Positions 28,728 through 37,919 of a DNA stretch of 64,000 bases are shown one piece after another; the stretch's first letter is position 1; the number at the start of each line of letters is the position of its first letter. This stretch comes from Promethearchaeota archaeon (lineage in GTDB: Archaea > Asgardarchaeota > Lokiarchaeia > Sigyniarchaeales > SOKP01), in NCBI GenBank assembly GCA_048937405.1, contig JBHLNF010000004.1, positions 229,125-293,124 of the forward strand, in the 5' to 3' direction. Made by a program: the position numbers and the translations under genes. The notes beneath the pieces are model-generated. The model did not search any database. It was not told where the DNA came from and saw only the letters and a list, made by a program, of their open reading frames with translations.

Positions 28728-29969
28728 TTGAATGAATTTTTCATGAAATTTCTGAAAACTATTAGGGTAGATGAATTCAAAAACATATTAAATTCAATAG
28801 AGAAGTTAACTAAGGATGACGAGCTCATATTGTTAGAAAAAGCTTTCAATAGGATTACTTCTAAAGATATTACTAGTACTATAAATGTCCCTCATTTCAG
28901 AAAATCACGAATGGATGGATATGCTGTAATAGCAGAGGATACTTTTGGAGCGGAGGAAGATAATCTTATTGAACTTGAATTGATAGAAATAATTCAAGCT
29001 GGAGATATCCCTCAAAAAGAATTACATAAAGGACAATGTTCTTATGTAGCAACTGGAGCAGCCATCCCCGAAAATTCAGATGGTATTGTAATGGTTGAGT
29101 TCAGTGATAAAAAAGACTCTAAAATCTTAATTTCTACTGCAATAACTCCTGGAACACATATCATTGAAATTGGACATGATGTGAAAAAAGGAGACATTAT
29201 AGTTAAAAATAACACTTTAATTGATTTAAGTACAATAGGTATACTAGCATCGTGTGGTATCAAGGAATTATCTGTATATAAAAAGCCAATTGTAAGCCTT
29301 ATTAGTACTGGGAATGAATTAGTAAGTCATGAAATAAATAAATTAGACATTGGTAAGATATATGATATTAATTCTGTAGTACTGAAAAAAGCTATTGAAA
29401 ATACTGGGGTTCTAGTGAATTTTTTAGGCATTGTGAAAGATGATTATCAGAAATTGAAGAATGTGATGGATAAGGTTTTAGAAACTAGTGATATTATTAT
29501 CTTATCTGGTGGAACATCTAAAGGAGAAGGTGATTTAGGCCCAAAAGTTTTAGGAGATTTTGATGATATTGAAATTTTAATTCATGGAGTAAAAATAAAG
29601 CCAGGAAAACCTATAATCTTTGCTAAGTTAAAGAATAAAATACTATTTATATTACCCGGATATCCAACATCTGCTCTGAGTTGTTTCTATGTCTTTATTG
29701 ATAATTTTTTACGAAAAATGTCTGGTTATCCCTTAAGGGAAACATTTTCAAAAGAAATCGAAGTTGGTGAGCGGATTTATAGTACTGTTGGTCGACATGA
29801 ATTTAAACCTGTAAAAGTTCAAGAAATTGATGGGAAAATGATAATTTTTCCTATCAAAACTGGATCAGAGGCAATTAGTACAATGTTCTATGCAGATGGA
29901 TATATAGAAATTGATGAGTTAGAATCAATCATAGAAAGAGGAGACAAAAAAAAAGTCTATTTTTTCTAA
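28728..29969 (+). CDS. moeA: Molybdopterin molybdo/tungstotransferase MoeA (copy 1)
   Basis: SRMDGYAV, STGNEL, SGGTSKG, KPGKP and LPGYP motifs. Confidence 0.93.
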   Translation: MNEFFMKFLKTIRVDEFKNILNSIEKLTKDDELILLEKAFNRITSKDITSTINVPHFRKSRMDGYAVIAEDTFGAEEDNLIELELIEIIQAGDIPQKELHKGQCSYVATGAAIPENSDGIVMVEFSDKKDSKILISTAITPGTHIIEIGHDVKKGDIIVKNNTLIDLSTIGILASCGIKELSVYKKPIVSLISTGNELVSHEINKLDIGKIYDINSVVLKKAIENTGVLVNFLGIVKDDYQKLKNVMDKVLETSDIIILSGGTSKGEGDLGPKVLGDFDDIEILIHGVKIKPGKPIIFAKLKNKILFILPGYPTSALSCFYVFIDNFLRKMSGYPLRETFSKEIEVGERIYSTVGRHEFKPVKVQEIDGKMIIFPIKTGSEAISTMFYADGYIEIDELESIIERGDKKKVYFF

Positions 29970-29979
29970 AAATTAATAT

Positions 29980-30564
29980 TTGGTAAGAAAATGGGATATT
30001 AAAATGAAGGAAAAAAAACACGTCCATGATCAGCATAAGGAAAAAGCTCCTAAAGAAATTAATTTAGCCCTAATAATAGTAAGTACTAGTAGATTTCTTG
30101 AGATGAAAACTGGAAAAAAAACAACAGATGAAACAATTCCTAAAGTGAAAGAATTATTAAATAATAACCTTTCAATTTCATTAGTTTTTAGTAAGATTAT
30201 ACCAGATTCAGAAGAACATATAAATAAAATTTTAATAGAACTAATGAAAGATAATAAGATTCATTCAATAATTTTTAGCGGTGGTACTGGTTTATCACCA
30301 AAAGATATCACTTATGAAACTATAGAACCCCGATTAGAAAAAAAATTTGATGGTTTTGGAGAACTCTTTAGACACCTTTCCTACAATGAAATTGGTACAT
30401 CCTCTATTTTAACAAGAGCAACGGCAGGAATTCTAAAAAAAAATAAGCAAAAAAAAGCTATTTTTTTACTACCAGGGGCTCCTAATGCTGTAATATTAGC
30501 TTTACAACACATAATAATACCTGAATTAGGACATATCCTATACATAATAAATAAAAAAGAGTGA
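29980..30564 (+). CDS. moaB: Molybdopterin adenylyltransferase (MoaB/MogA family)
   Basis: SGGTGLSPKDIT, GFGELFR and LPGAP motifs; ATG 30004 is a possible alternative start. Confidence 0.92.
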   Translation: MVRKWDIKMKEKKHVHDQHKEKAPKEINLALIIVSTSRFLEMKTGKKTTDETIPKVKELLNNNLSISLVFSKIIPDSEEHINKILIELMKDNKIHSIIFSGGTGLSPKDITYETIEPRLEKKFDGFGELFRHLSYNEIGTSSILTRATAGILKKNKQKKAIFLLPGAPNAVILALQHIIIPELGHILYIINKKE

Positions 30565-30570
30565 ATCAAT

Positions 30571-31818
30571 TTGGAAAAACTCCGTAAAATTGGATTTTCA
30601 AAATTAACTCCCTTTGTAGATGCAATGGAGAAACTCCTTTCGAAAATTCAGTTAAATCCAATTGAAGATATCATAATAAATGAAGCTTTAAACCGAGTCT
30701 TAGCAGAAGATATCATTAGTAAGTTAGATATTCCACCCTTTAATAGATCAGCGATGGATGGTTATGCCATTAAAGCAGAAGATTCATTTGGGGCATCTCT
30801 TAAAAATCCAAAAAAGATTAGTCTTGTGGGAACTATTGAAATTGGTGAATTTTCTACTATTAAAGTAAATAAGGATGAAGCAGTAAGAATTTCCACAGGT
30901 GCCCCAATACCAGAAGGGTCTGATGCTGTTGTTAAAATTGAAGATACAGAAATTGAAGATAATCTCGTAAGTCTTTACACTTCTCTTGTGCCAGGGAAAA
31001 ATGTATCAAAAAGAGGGGAAGATGTCAAGAAAAACACGCTTATTTTAAGTAATGGCACAGAATTAAAAGCTGAACATATTGCAATTTTAGCTTCCTTAGG
31101 ATTTAATAAAGTAAAAGTACGATCCAAACCAAAAATAAGCATTTTTTCTTCTGGTGATGAATTACTTGCTCCTGGTACTTCCCTGCAACCCGGGAAAATT
31201 TATAATTCCAATACCCCAATGATATCTGCTTTAATAAATCTTTATGGCGGAACTGTTATTCGAGAAGAAACTGTAAAAGATGATAAAAAAGTTATCAAGA
31301 CCAAATTAATTGAATCTGCTGAAGATTCACAAATGATAATTTTTACGGGAGGTACTTCTGTTGGTACAAAGGATTATTTACCTGAGATTATTCATGAATC
31401 AGGGATTATATTGACACATGGTATTGCAATGCGACCTGGTTCTCCCGTTTTAATTGGGTTTTTAAATGAATCTTTTATTTTTTGCCTTCCTGGTACTCCC
31501 GTTGCAGCATATATTTCGTTTCTAAAAATTAGCGGACCTGCAATTAAAAAGATGTTAGGTTGTTCTGTGTTGGATCCAAGAATCGAAATACTAGCTACAA
31601 TTGGTAAAGATGTTCCTGTTACTAGTCTAGGCATTTTACATTATTTAAGGGTAAAAATAGAAAAACAAGAGAATGAATTTATAGCAATTCCAGTAAGGTT
31701 GAAAGGTTCTGGAATGATTAGTTCTCTTACAAGATCTGACGGTATAATTGAAATCCCACCTAACCAAGAAGGATTAAAAAGGGGAGAAAAAGTAAAAGTA
31801 AGATTATTTCCAAAATAA
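30571..31818 (+). CDS. moeA: Molybdopterin molybdo/tungstotransferase MoeA (copy 2)
   Basis: SAMDGYA, SSGDEL, TGGTSVG, RPGSP and LPGTP motifs. Confidence 0.93.
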   Translation: MEKLRKIGFSKLTPFVDAMEKLLSKIQLNPIEDIIINEALNRVLAEDIISKLDIPPFNRSAMDGYAIKAEDSFGASLKNPKKISLVGTIEIGEFSTIKVNKDEAVRISTGAPIPEGSDAVVKIEDTEIEDNLVSLYTSLVPGKNVSKRGEDVKKNTLILSNGTELKAEHIAILASLGFNKVKVRSKPKISIFSSGDELLAPGTSLQPGKIYNSNTPMISALINLYGGTVIREETVKDDKKVIKTKLIESAEDSQMIIFTGGTSVGTKDYLPEIIHESGIILTHGIAMRPGSPVLIGFLNESFIFCLPGTPVAAYISFLKISGPAIKKMLGCSVLDPRIEILATIGKDVPVTSLGILHYLRVKIEKQENEFIAIPVRLKGSGMISSLTRSDGIIEIPPNQEGLKRGEKVKVRLFPK

Positions 31819-31977
31819 TTTATATCTATAATTAAAAATACTTTTTAATATTCCAAATACACCAAAATATAAGATGATAAATTCAAATTATTGTTTGGTT
31901 ATATTTTAAACCCTTTTTTTTATATAACTTCATTTTAAAAGGCAAAATTATTTTAGATTTATTATATTCTGATATTT

Positions 31978-32850
31978 ATGGTTGATATAACCAAAATTGT
32001 AAAAGAAATACAAGAGAAATATAAAGTAATTGGCAGAACTGAGGAATTACGTCAAATTGTTTTAGCACATTCAGTAAGTAAAAATATTTTAATAGAAGGA
32101 GAAGTGGGTGTTGGAAAAACTAGATTAGCTAAAGCCATTGCAGAATATTATGATTCCAGTTTTTATCGAGTCGATTGTAGTGAAGAATTACTTCCTCATA
32201 ACCTTGTTGGATATTTTGAACCACCATTAGTAATTGCTAAAGGATATATTGAAGATTCCTACAAATATGGTCCACTAGCCTTAGCTATGATGAATGGAGG
32301 GTGTTTATTTATAAATGAAATAAACCGTATGCCAGAAAGCACTCAAAACTCATTATTAACCTCATTAGATGAAGGTATACTTAAAATTCCCAAATTAAAA
32401 ACAATTAAGGCTCATGAAAATTTCTTTGTTATTGCTACTCAAAATCCATCTGCGCATGTTGGAGTCACAGTATTAGGGGAAGCACTAAAAGATCGATTCA
32501 TATGGATAAATTTAAATTATCAAAAACCTGATGAGGAAATATTAATTATCAAACAAGAAGCTAATTTAAACAGTGGTAATACTGATAAAATTGCCTTACT
32601 TTCACAACAAATTATACAAATAACTAGAGAAAGTACTTCCATCAGAAGAGGGAGTTCAATAAGAGGTGCTATTGATTTAGCTACCTTAATTAATCAATAT
32701 GATAATAACAATAGTACTAAAAATTGGATTCAAGCAGCAGTAATGGCACTATATAACAAAATCGAACTTGAAGATGGATTAACTCAATCTAAAAAAGAAA
32801 TAATTACAAATATTGTTTTAACTGTACTGAATAAATCGGATTTTCAATAA
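31978..32850 (+). CDS. MoxR/CoxD-like AAA+ ATPase
   Basis: GEVGVGKT, Walker B variant FINEINR, ATQNP and EALKDRF motifs; ends KSDFQ*. Confidence 0.9.
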   Translation: MVDITKIVKEIQEKYKVIGRTEELRQIVLAHSVSKNILIEGEVGVGKTRLAKAIAEYYDSSFYRVDCSEELLPHNLVGYFEPPLVIAKGYIEDSYKYGPLALAMMNGGCLFINEINRMPESTQNSLLTSLDEGILKIPKLKTIKAHENFFVIATQNPSAHVGVTVLGEALKDRFIWINLNYQKPDEEILIIKQEANLNSGNTDKIALLSQQIIQITRESTSIRRGSSIRGAIDLATLINQYDNNNSTKNWIQAAVMALYNKIELEDGLTQSKKEIITNIVLTVLNKSDFQ

Positions 32851-33959
32851 TCGATGATTTCTCTGAAGAAGAATTTGAAGAGAATGAGAAAAGGCTGCAT
32901 GTTAGACTTACTGAAAGTCGCCCAGATAAAGAAATATTGGAGTATGAAATAATCCGAAAGAAAAGAAAAAAACCAGATTACTATAAACACCTTGCTAACA
33001 CATTAGATTATAAGCAAATAAAGGAGTTAACATATCTAGCAATACAACATAAAAATCTTGAAGCTTTAATGGGATTATTAAAGGCAAATGTGTATGCTTC
33101 AACAGATGCTTTAGACACTGAAGAAGGTGTAAAATTTTTCTCAGAAAAAGCTGCAGAATCTGGAGATTTCATGCCAGAAATTTATTTTTTTATTAGACGT
33201 CCCATCTCAGAGAAATATAAATCAATTTTCAGAAGATTAGCACGTCAAAGTATTCTAAAATTATCTTTAAAAATTACAAGTAGAGGAATAAGAGGTCATT
33301 TTAAAAAGACTGTTCCTTATTATCAAATGGGTAGGCCTGAATTTAGTATGGATGAAACTATTCAACATAATCCATTAAAAATTTATGAAAAAAGTTTAAA
33401 TTATCAAGACATATATGGAATTGAAAGAAAGCGACAAAAAAGAAAAGTAGTATTGGTATTGGATACAAGTGGCAGTATGTATGGACGTTTGTTGCTTAAT
33501 GCAGCACTTACAACATCAGTTTTAGCATATAACATGGAAAAAGAAGATTTTTCCATAGTTTTATTTAATTCAACTGCAATGGTCATGAAAAAAATTAATC
33601 AAAAAAAACCTATAATTTCTTTAATTGATGATATTTTAGATTCTGAAGCTGTTGGCTTTACAAATATCTATATAGGACTGGAAAAAGGTCTGAAAGAATT
33701 AAGAAAAATAAGAGAAAATAGAAAAAGTCGTTTTGGTATATTAATAACAGATGGTATTTACAACCGCGGTGAAGATCCCGTAATTCTAGCAAAAAAATAT
33801 CCAAAATTACATGTTATAGGAATGCCTGCTGATAATGATGCGGATCAAGGTATTGAGAAATGCAGAGAAATTGCAAAAGCAGGGAGAGGTAAGTTTTATG
33901 CCGTAAATGATTATAAAGAAATCCCACGAGCCTTAATAGAATTATTATCTCAAACTTAA
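32844..33959 (+). CDS. Acidic linker plus vWA-domain protein (CoxE/ChlD-like); possibly the -1 frame extension of the AAA+ gene
   Basis: MIDAS motifs DTSGS, GFTN and ITDG. The frame is open from 32835 (IIDDFSEEEFEENEKR), while the first canonical start is TTG 32937. Confidence 0.85.
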   Translation, partial: SIIDDFSEEEFEENEKRLHVRLTESRPDKEILEYEIIRKKRKKPDYYKHLANTLDYKQIKELTYLAIQHKNLEALMGLLKANVYASTDALDTEEGVKFFSEKAAESGDFMPEIYFFIRRPISEKYKSIFRRLARQSILKLSLKITSRGIRGHFKKTVPYYQMGRPEFSMDETIQHNPLKIYEKSLNYQDIYGIERKRQKRKVVLVLDTSGSMYGRLLLNAALTTSVLAYNMEKEDFSIVLFNSTAMVMKKINQKKPIISLIDDILDSEAVGFTNIYIGLEKGLKELRKIRENRKSRFGILITDGIYNRGEDPVILAKKYPKLHVIGMPADNDADQGIEKCREIAKAGRGKFYAVNDYKEIPRALIELLSQT

Positions 33960-34138
33960 ATTTTATTTATTATTGTGTTTTCAATTATGATATCAATTTC
34001 CACTTTTTTCAATTTTAAAATCTTAAAAAATAATAATTTATTAGCATTTGGATTTAAAATAAAATTTAATTAGTTAAGAATAAGTCACTATTGAAAAAAC
34101 TTAGATAAAAAATCAACATTTTATATGGTGAAAATCTC

Positions 34139-34720
34139 ATATTTGAAAAAGATAATGACTATAAATATATTTTTAAAGTGGTTTTAATCGGGGCTGGTGG
34201 TGTAGGAAAGACTTGTATTGTTCGGAGATTATGTTATGATACATTCACTTTAGATACTCAATTAACTGTTGGAATAGATTTTTATACATATAATTTACCA
34301 ATAATAGTTGATGGCGAACAATCTAATGTGAGACTATCAATATGGGATTTTGGAGGACAAGCTCACTTTAAAACTCTATTTGACTATTATATTAAAGGAG
34401 CTAGTGGAATATTTTTAGTATTTGATTTATTAAAAATGCAAAGTCTTCTTGATTTAGACTGGTGGTATGACAAGCTAATAGAAAATAATATGATCAACCA
34501 ACCTAAAATTCTTATTGGAACAAAGCTTGATTTGAAGGAAAAACTGGATAAATTAAATGCAATTGATGATTCATATATTGATGAATTTATTAAAAAACAT
34601 GGTGAGCTCGATTTCATTAAAACATCCTCTAAAGATAATATTAATATTCGAGCAATTTTTAAAGAATTGGTAAAAAAACTATTAAATTTTCAAGGATTTG
34701 ACTATGAAAGATTGCTTTAA
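34139..34720 (+). CDS. Rab-like small GTPase (copy 1)
   Basis: YIFKVVLIGAGGVGKT, TVGIDF, WDFGGQ, TKLD and TSSK motifs. The N-terminus extends upstream of GTG 34178; proposed start is ATA 34139. Confidence 0.9.
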   Translation: MFEKDNDYKYIFKVVLIGAGGVGKTCIVRRLCYDTFTLDTQLTVGIDFYTYNLPIIVDGEQSNVRLSIWDFGGQAHFKTLFDYYIKGASGIFLVFDLLKMQSLLDLDWWYDKLIENNMINQPKILIGTKLDLKEKLDKLNAIDDSYIDEFIKKHGELDFIKTSSKDNINIRAIFKELVKKLLNFQGFDYERLL

Positions 34721-34873
34721 TTAAATCTGTTTATAGTTCTTCAATTTGAATAAAATATCTTTATAAAATTATATTGTTATATTTTTTATAATACAATAAT
34801 ACTTAGAGATGAAAGTCTCAAAATATTTGCGATTAGTATAAAAGAGTTATAAAATTGAAAAGGTGTATGAAAT

Positions 34874-35446
34874 ATACTAGGAGAAAAAGAACCACGCTAT
34901 ATATTTAAAATATGTTTGATTGGTGATGGTGGAGTAGGAAAGACATGTATAGCAAGAAGATTATGTTTTAATACTTTTAATGCAAATACCCAATTAACCG
35001 TAGGAATTGATTTTTATACCTATGATATCCCGATTTCAATTAAAGGCGAAGATTCTTTTATTAGACTCTCGTTATGGGATTTTGGAGGTCAAGAACAATT
35101 CCGAACACTATTCAAATATTATATCAATGGTGCCAATGGCATTTTTTTAGTTTTTGATTTATTAAGAATGGAATCACTCGTAAAATTGGACTGGTGGTAT
35201 GATAAGATAATTCAGCATGGTCTTAATGATAGTCCAAAGATTCTTGTTGGCACAAAACTCGATTTAGCTCAAACTGAAAAGCAATACAAAGTAGATAGAA
35301 TTATTATTGAGCAGTTCCTTAAAAATCACAATGAAAAAGATTATGTAGAAACATCTTCTAAAGATAACGTGAACATTCGAGATAGCTTTATAAAAATTGT
35401 TAAAAAAATATTAGATTCTCATGAATTTGATTATGATAAGATATGA
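34874..35446 (+). CDS. Rab-like small GTPase (copy 2)
   Basis: YIFKICLIGDGGVGKT, TVGIDF, WDFGGQEQF, TKLD and TSSK motifs. The N-terminus extends upstream of TTG 34916; proposed start is ATA 34874. Confidence 0.9.
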   Translation: MLGEKEPRYIFKICLIGDGGVGKTCIARRLCFNTFNANTQLTVGIDFYTYDIPISIKGEDSFIRLSLWDFGGQEQFRTLFKYYINGANGIFLVFDLLRMESLVKLDWWYDKIIQHGLNDSPKILVGTKLDLAQTEKQYKVDRIIIEQFLKNHNEKDYVETSSKDNVNIRDSFIKIVKKILDSHEFDYDKI

Positions 35447-35735
35447 ATCGAATCTAATTATAAATATTTGTTGATTTAATTATCCCTTTATTATTTTTTT
35501 GGTTTTGAATTTTAATCATAATAATCAAAACTGAATGGTCAATCTTGTATTAAAATTTGATTTTTAAATTTAAATTAGAGTGTTATGAATTACTTATGTT
35601 TATATTATTACTATTTTTTGATAATTCATGGTAACAAAACAAAAACATAACCAAGATTTTCTTTCAACTAACATTAGTTCTTAAAATTTTTATCCTAATA
35701 GAAGTATTGGGATTAAATTATCGTTTATATCATTA

Positions 35736-36632
35736 ATGTTACTTGGAATATTACCTATTATTTCAAATAGTCGCCCTTCAACCTTAAATACGTTGAGCTT
35801 CGCTTTTTATCTTTCATTTTGGGAATTAATTTGTTCTTTGCCATTATTTTTTTATGAGCTACCTAAATCAAATATAGGAATATTTCAAAAATCAATAGAT
35901 TTGAATATTCAAAAAAAAACTCTCACAATAATGGTAATTACTGGTATTATCTTTTCTATAACCACATTTTTTTATATTTTTGCATTTGAAACTGCTGGTA
36001 CTGTCAACGCTGCTATAGCAATTCAAACTTACCCTTTATTCTCAATTTTAATGGAATTTATCCTATTTAAAAAGAAAAAACAATTAAGTGAGATTGTTTT
36101 TACATTAATTCTGATGGTAGGCATATATTATCTTGGCACGGGAGGTACATGGTTAATTAGTGGTTTTTCTCCTTGGCTTGCATTAGCATTGATTGTTCCT
36201 ATTTTGTGGAGTATTGCACATGTAATTATTAAACGCAACCTTGATACCTCTCCGATTACTCCAAATCAAGTTACGTTCTTTAGGGTGTTTATATCTTCCA
36301 TAATTCTTTTTGGAATATCTTCTTTTGTAAATGGTATCAATAACATTTTCAATGGACTAACTAGACTTGAGTTTCAAATTTTTGGATTCCTTATGGGAAT
36401 TGTATATTATCTAGAACTTGTTAATTGGTTTTATGCGGTTAAGCATGTAGATGTTTCTGTGGCAAGTAGTATTACAACACCTAATCCTGTTATTACTATG
36501 ATATTTGCCTTATTTATTTTAAAAGAATCTATTGAAATATATCAAATAGTTGCAATGATAATTATATTTGCAAGCTTATATGGTTTACTTTGGTCAGGAA
36601 GAATAAAAAATCATAATAAAAATACTTATTAA
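35736..36632 (+). CDS. DMT/EamA family transporter; N-terminus possibly disrupted
   Basis: About 10 TM helices in two EamA repeats. An in-frame ATG at 35628 is cut off by TAA at 35682-35684. Confidence 0.8.
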   Translation: MLLGILPIISNSRPSTLNTLSFAFYLSFWELICSLPLFFYELPKSNIGIFQKSIDLNIQKKTLTIMVITGIIFSITTFFYIFAFETAGTVNAAIAIQTYPLFSILMEFILFKKKKQLSEIVFTLILMVGIYYLGTGGTWLISGFSPWLALALIVPILWSIAHVIIKRNLDTSPITPNQVTFFRVFISSIILFGISSFVNGINNIFNGLTRLEFQIFGFLMGIVYYLELVNWFYAVKHVDVSVASSITTPNPVITMIFALFILKESIEIYQIVAMIIIFASLYGLLWSGRIKNHNKNTY

Positions 36633-36800
36633 GAGCAATATTCTTAAAAGAAGTCTAATTCTATATTTGTCTTATGAGAAAATTAAACCAAAATTAAATT
36701 TCAGGTAAATTAATTCAAGTTATTATCTAATTATAGATAATAAGAGATATATTTTTTTTTCAATTTTCAATTTATTAGACTATAGCAAGATAATCATATT

Positions 36801-37745
36801 ATGGATATTTTCACTCATTCTGTTTTTGGTGCACTATTGTATATCCTTTTTTTAAAGGAAGTAACCTTAGATTATCTCTCTATAGCAATTTTATTTTCAT
36901 TATTACCTGATTTGGATGTTTTTTTAACACCATTAAAAAGAATCCTTAAATCCAATTATCTTGAACATCGTGGAGGTTCTCATTCATACATAATAGGGAT
37001 AATAATATCTGCTATTTCAAGTATTTTTTTTTCTTTTTATAGAAATAGATCTTTTCTTATGTCTTGGATAATAGGATCAGCCTTTTATGGATTACACATA
37101 TCAATGGATCTCCTCACTACTACAAAGATTCCATACTTATATCCTCTTTCTAAAAAAGAATATAGTTTTTATGTAGAAAAAGCTGGTAGTTCATTTACTT
37201 TTATGAATTCATTGATTTTTCTAATAATACTTTTAGTATTGTTTCATAGCTCTGCAAAACTATCCCTATTTATGAATGTTATTAACTTTTACACATATTT
37301 TTTTCTATTTTATTATCTATATAGAATTTCTTCAAAAATTTGGATAAATTTACATCTTAATGATAATCAAAAATACTTTCCGGGGGTTTTTCCCTTTTAT
37401 TTCACTATTTTTGAAAAGCATGTTATTAGTAATGGATTATCATTAAGTATCGAAAAAAAATCACATTTTTTAACATCTAAGGTCATATACAAAAATGAAT
37501 CTGTTCTAGATTCGGTGGAAATGGAATTATTTAAAAATGCAATTGAATTGTGCAATAACCATTATTACTTTGCAAAATGGACAGTTTTGCCAATATTTTT
37601 TAGGGAGAATGGCTTATTTTCCGTGAGATTTTTCTTTTTAGAGACAATGGTGCGTAGGAGAACTCATTATATACAATATAATTTTGATACATTTACTCAG
37701 CAAATAATTAATTATAAGCAGGGTTATGGACATATCCAACATTAA
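36801..37745 (+). CDS. Membrane-bound metal-dependent hydrolase (YdjM-like)
   Basis: FTHS, LPDLD, HRGGSHS and HISMD motifs. Confidence 0.85.
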   Translation: MDIFTHSVFGALLYILFLKEVTLDYLSIAILFSLLPDLDVFLTPLKRILKSNYLEHRGGSHSYIIGIIISAISSIFFSFYRNRSFLMSWIIGSAFYGLHISMDLLTTTKIPYLYPLSKKEYSFYVEKAGSSFTFMNSLIFLIILLVLFHSSAKLSLFMNVINFYTYFFLFYYLYRISSKIWINLHLNDNQKYFPGVFPFYFTIFEKHVISNGLSLSIEKKSHFLTSKVIYKNESVLDSVEMELFKNAIELCNNHYYFAKWTVLPIFFRENGLFSVRFFFLETMVRRRTHYIQYNFDTFTQQIINYKQGYGHIQH

Positions 37746-37919
37746 TATTTCACAAAAATTAGCTTAAATTATAATTTTCTAATAATTCTTGTTTTATTGT
37801 TCTACAAATTTTATTAGTTCTATAATATAAATATTAAAAATTTATACTCTTTTACCTTTTTTATAATAGAAGAAACTCATTTATTTTATAAGAAAATCTG
37901 ATTTTAGAGAGAGAATTAA

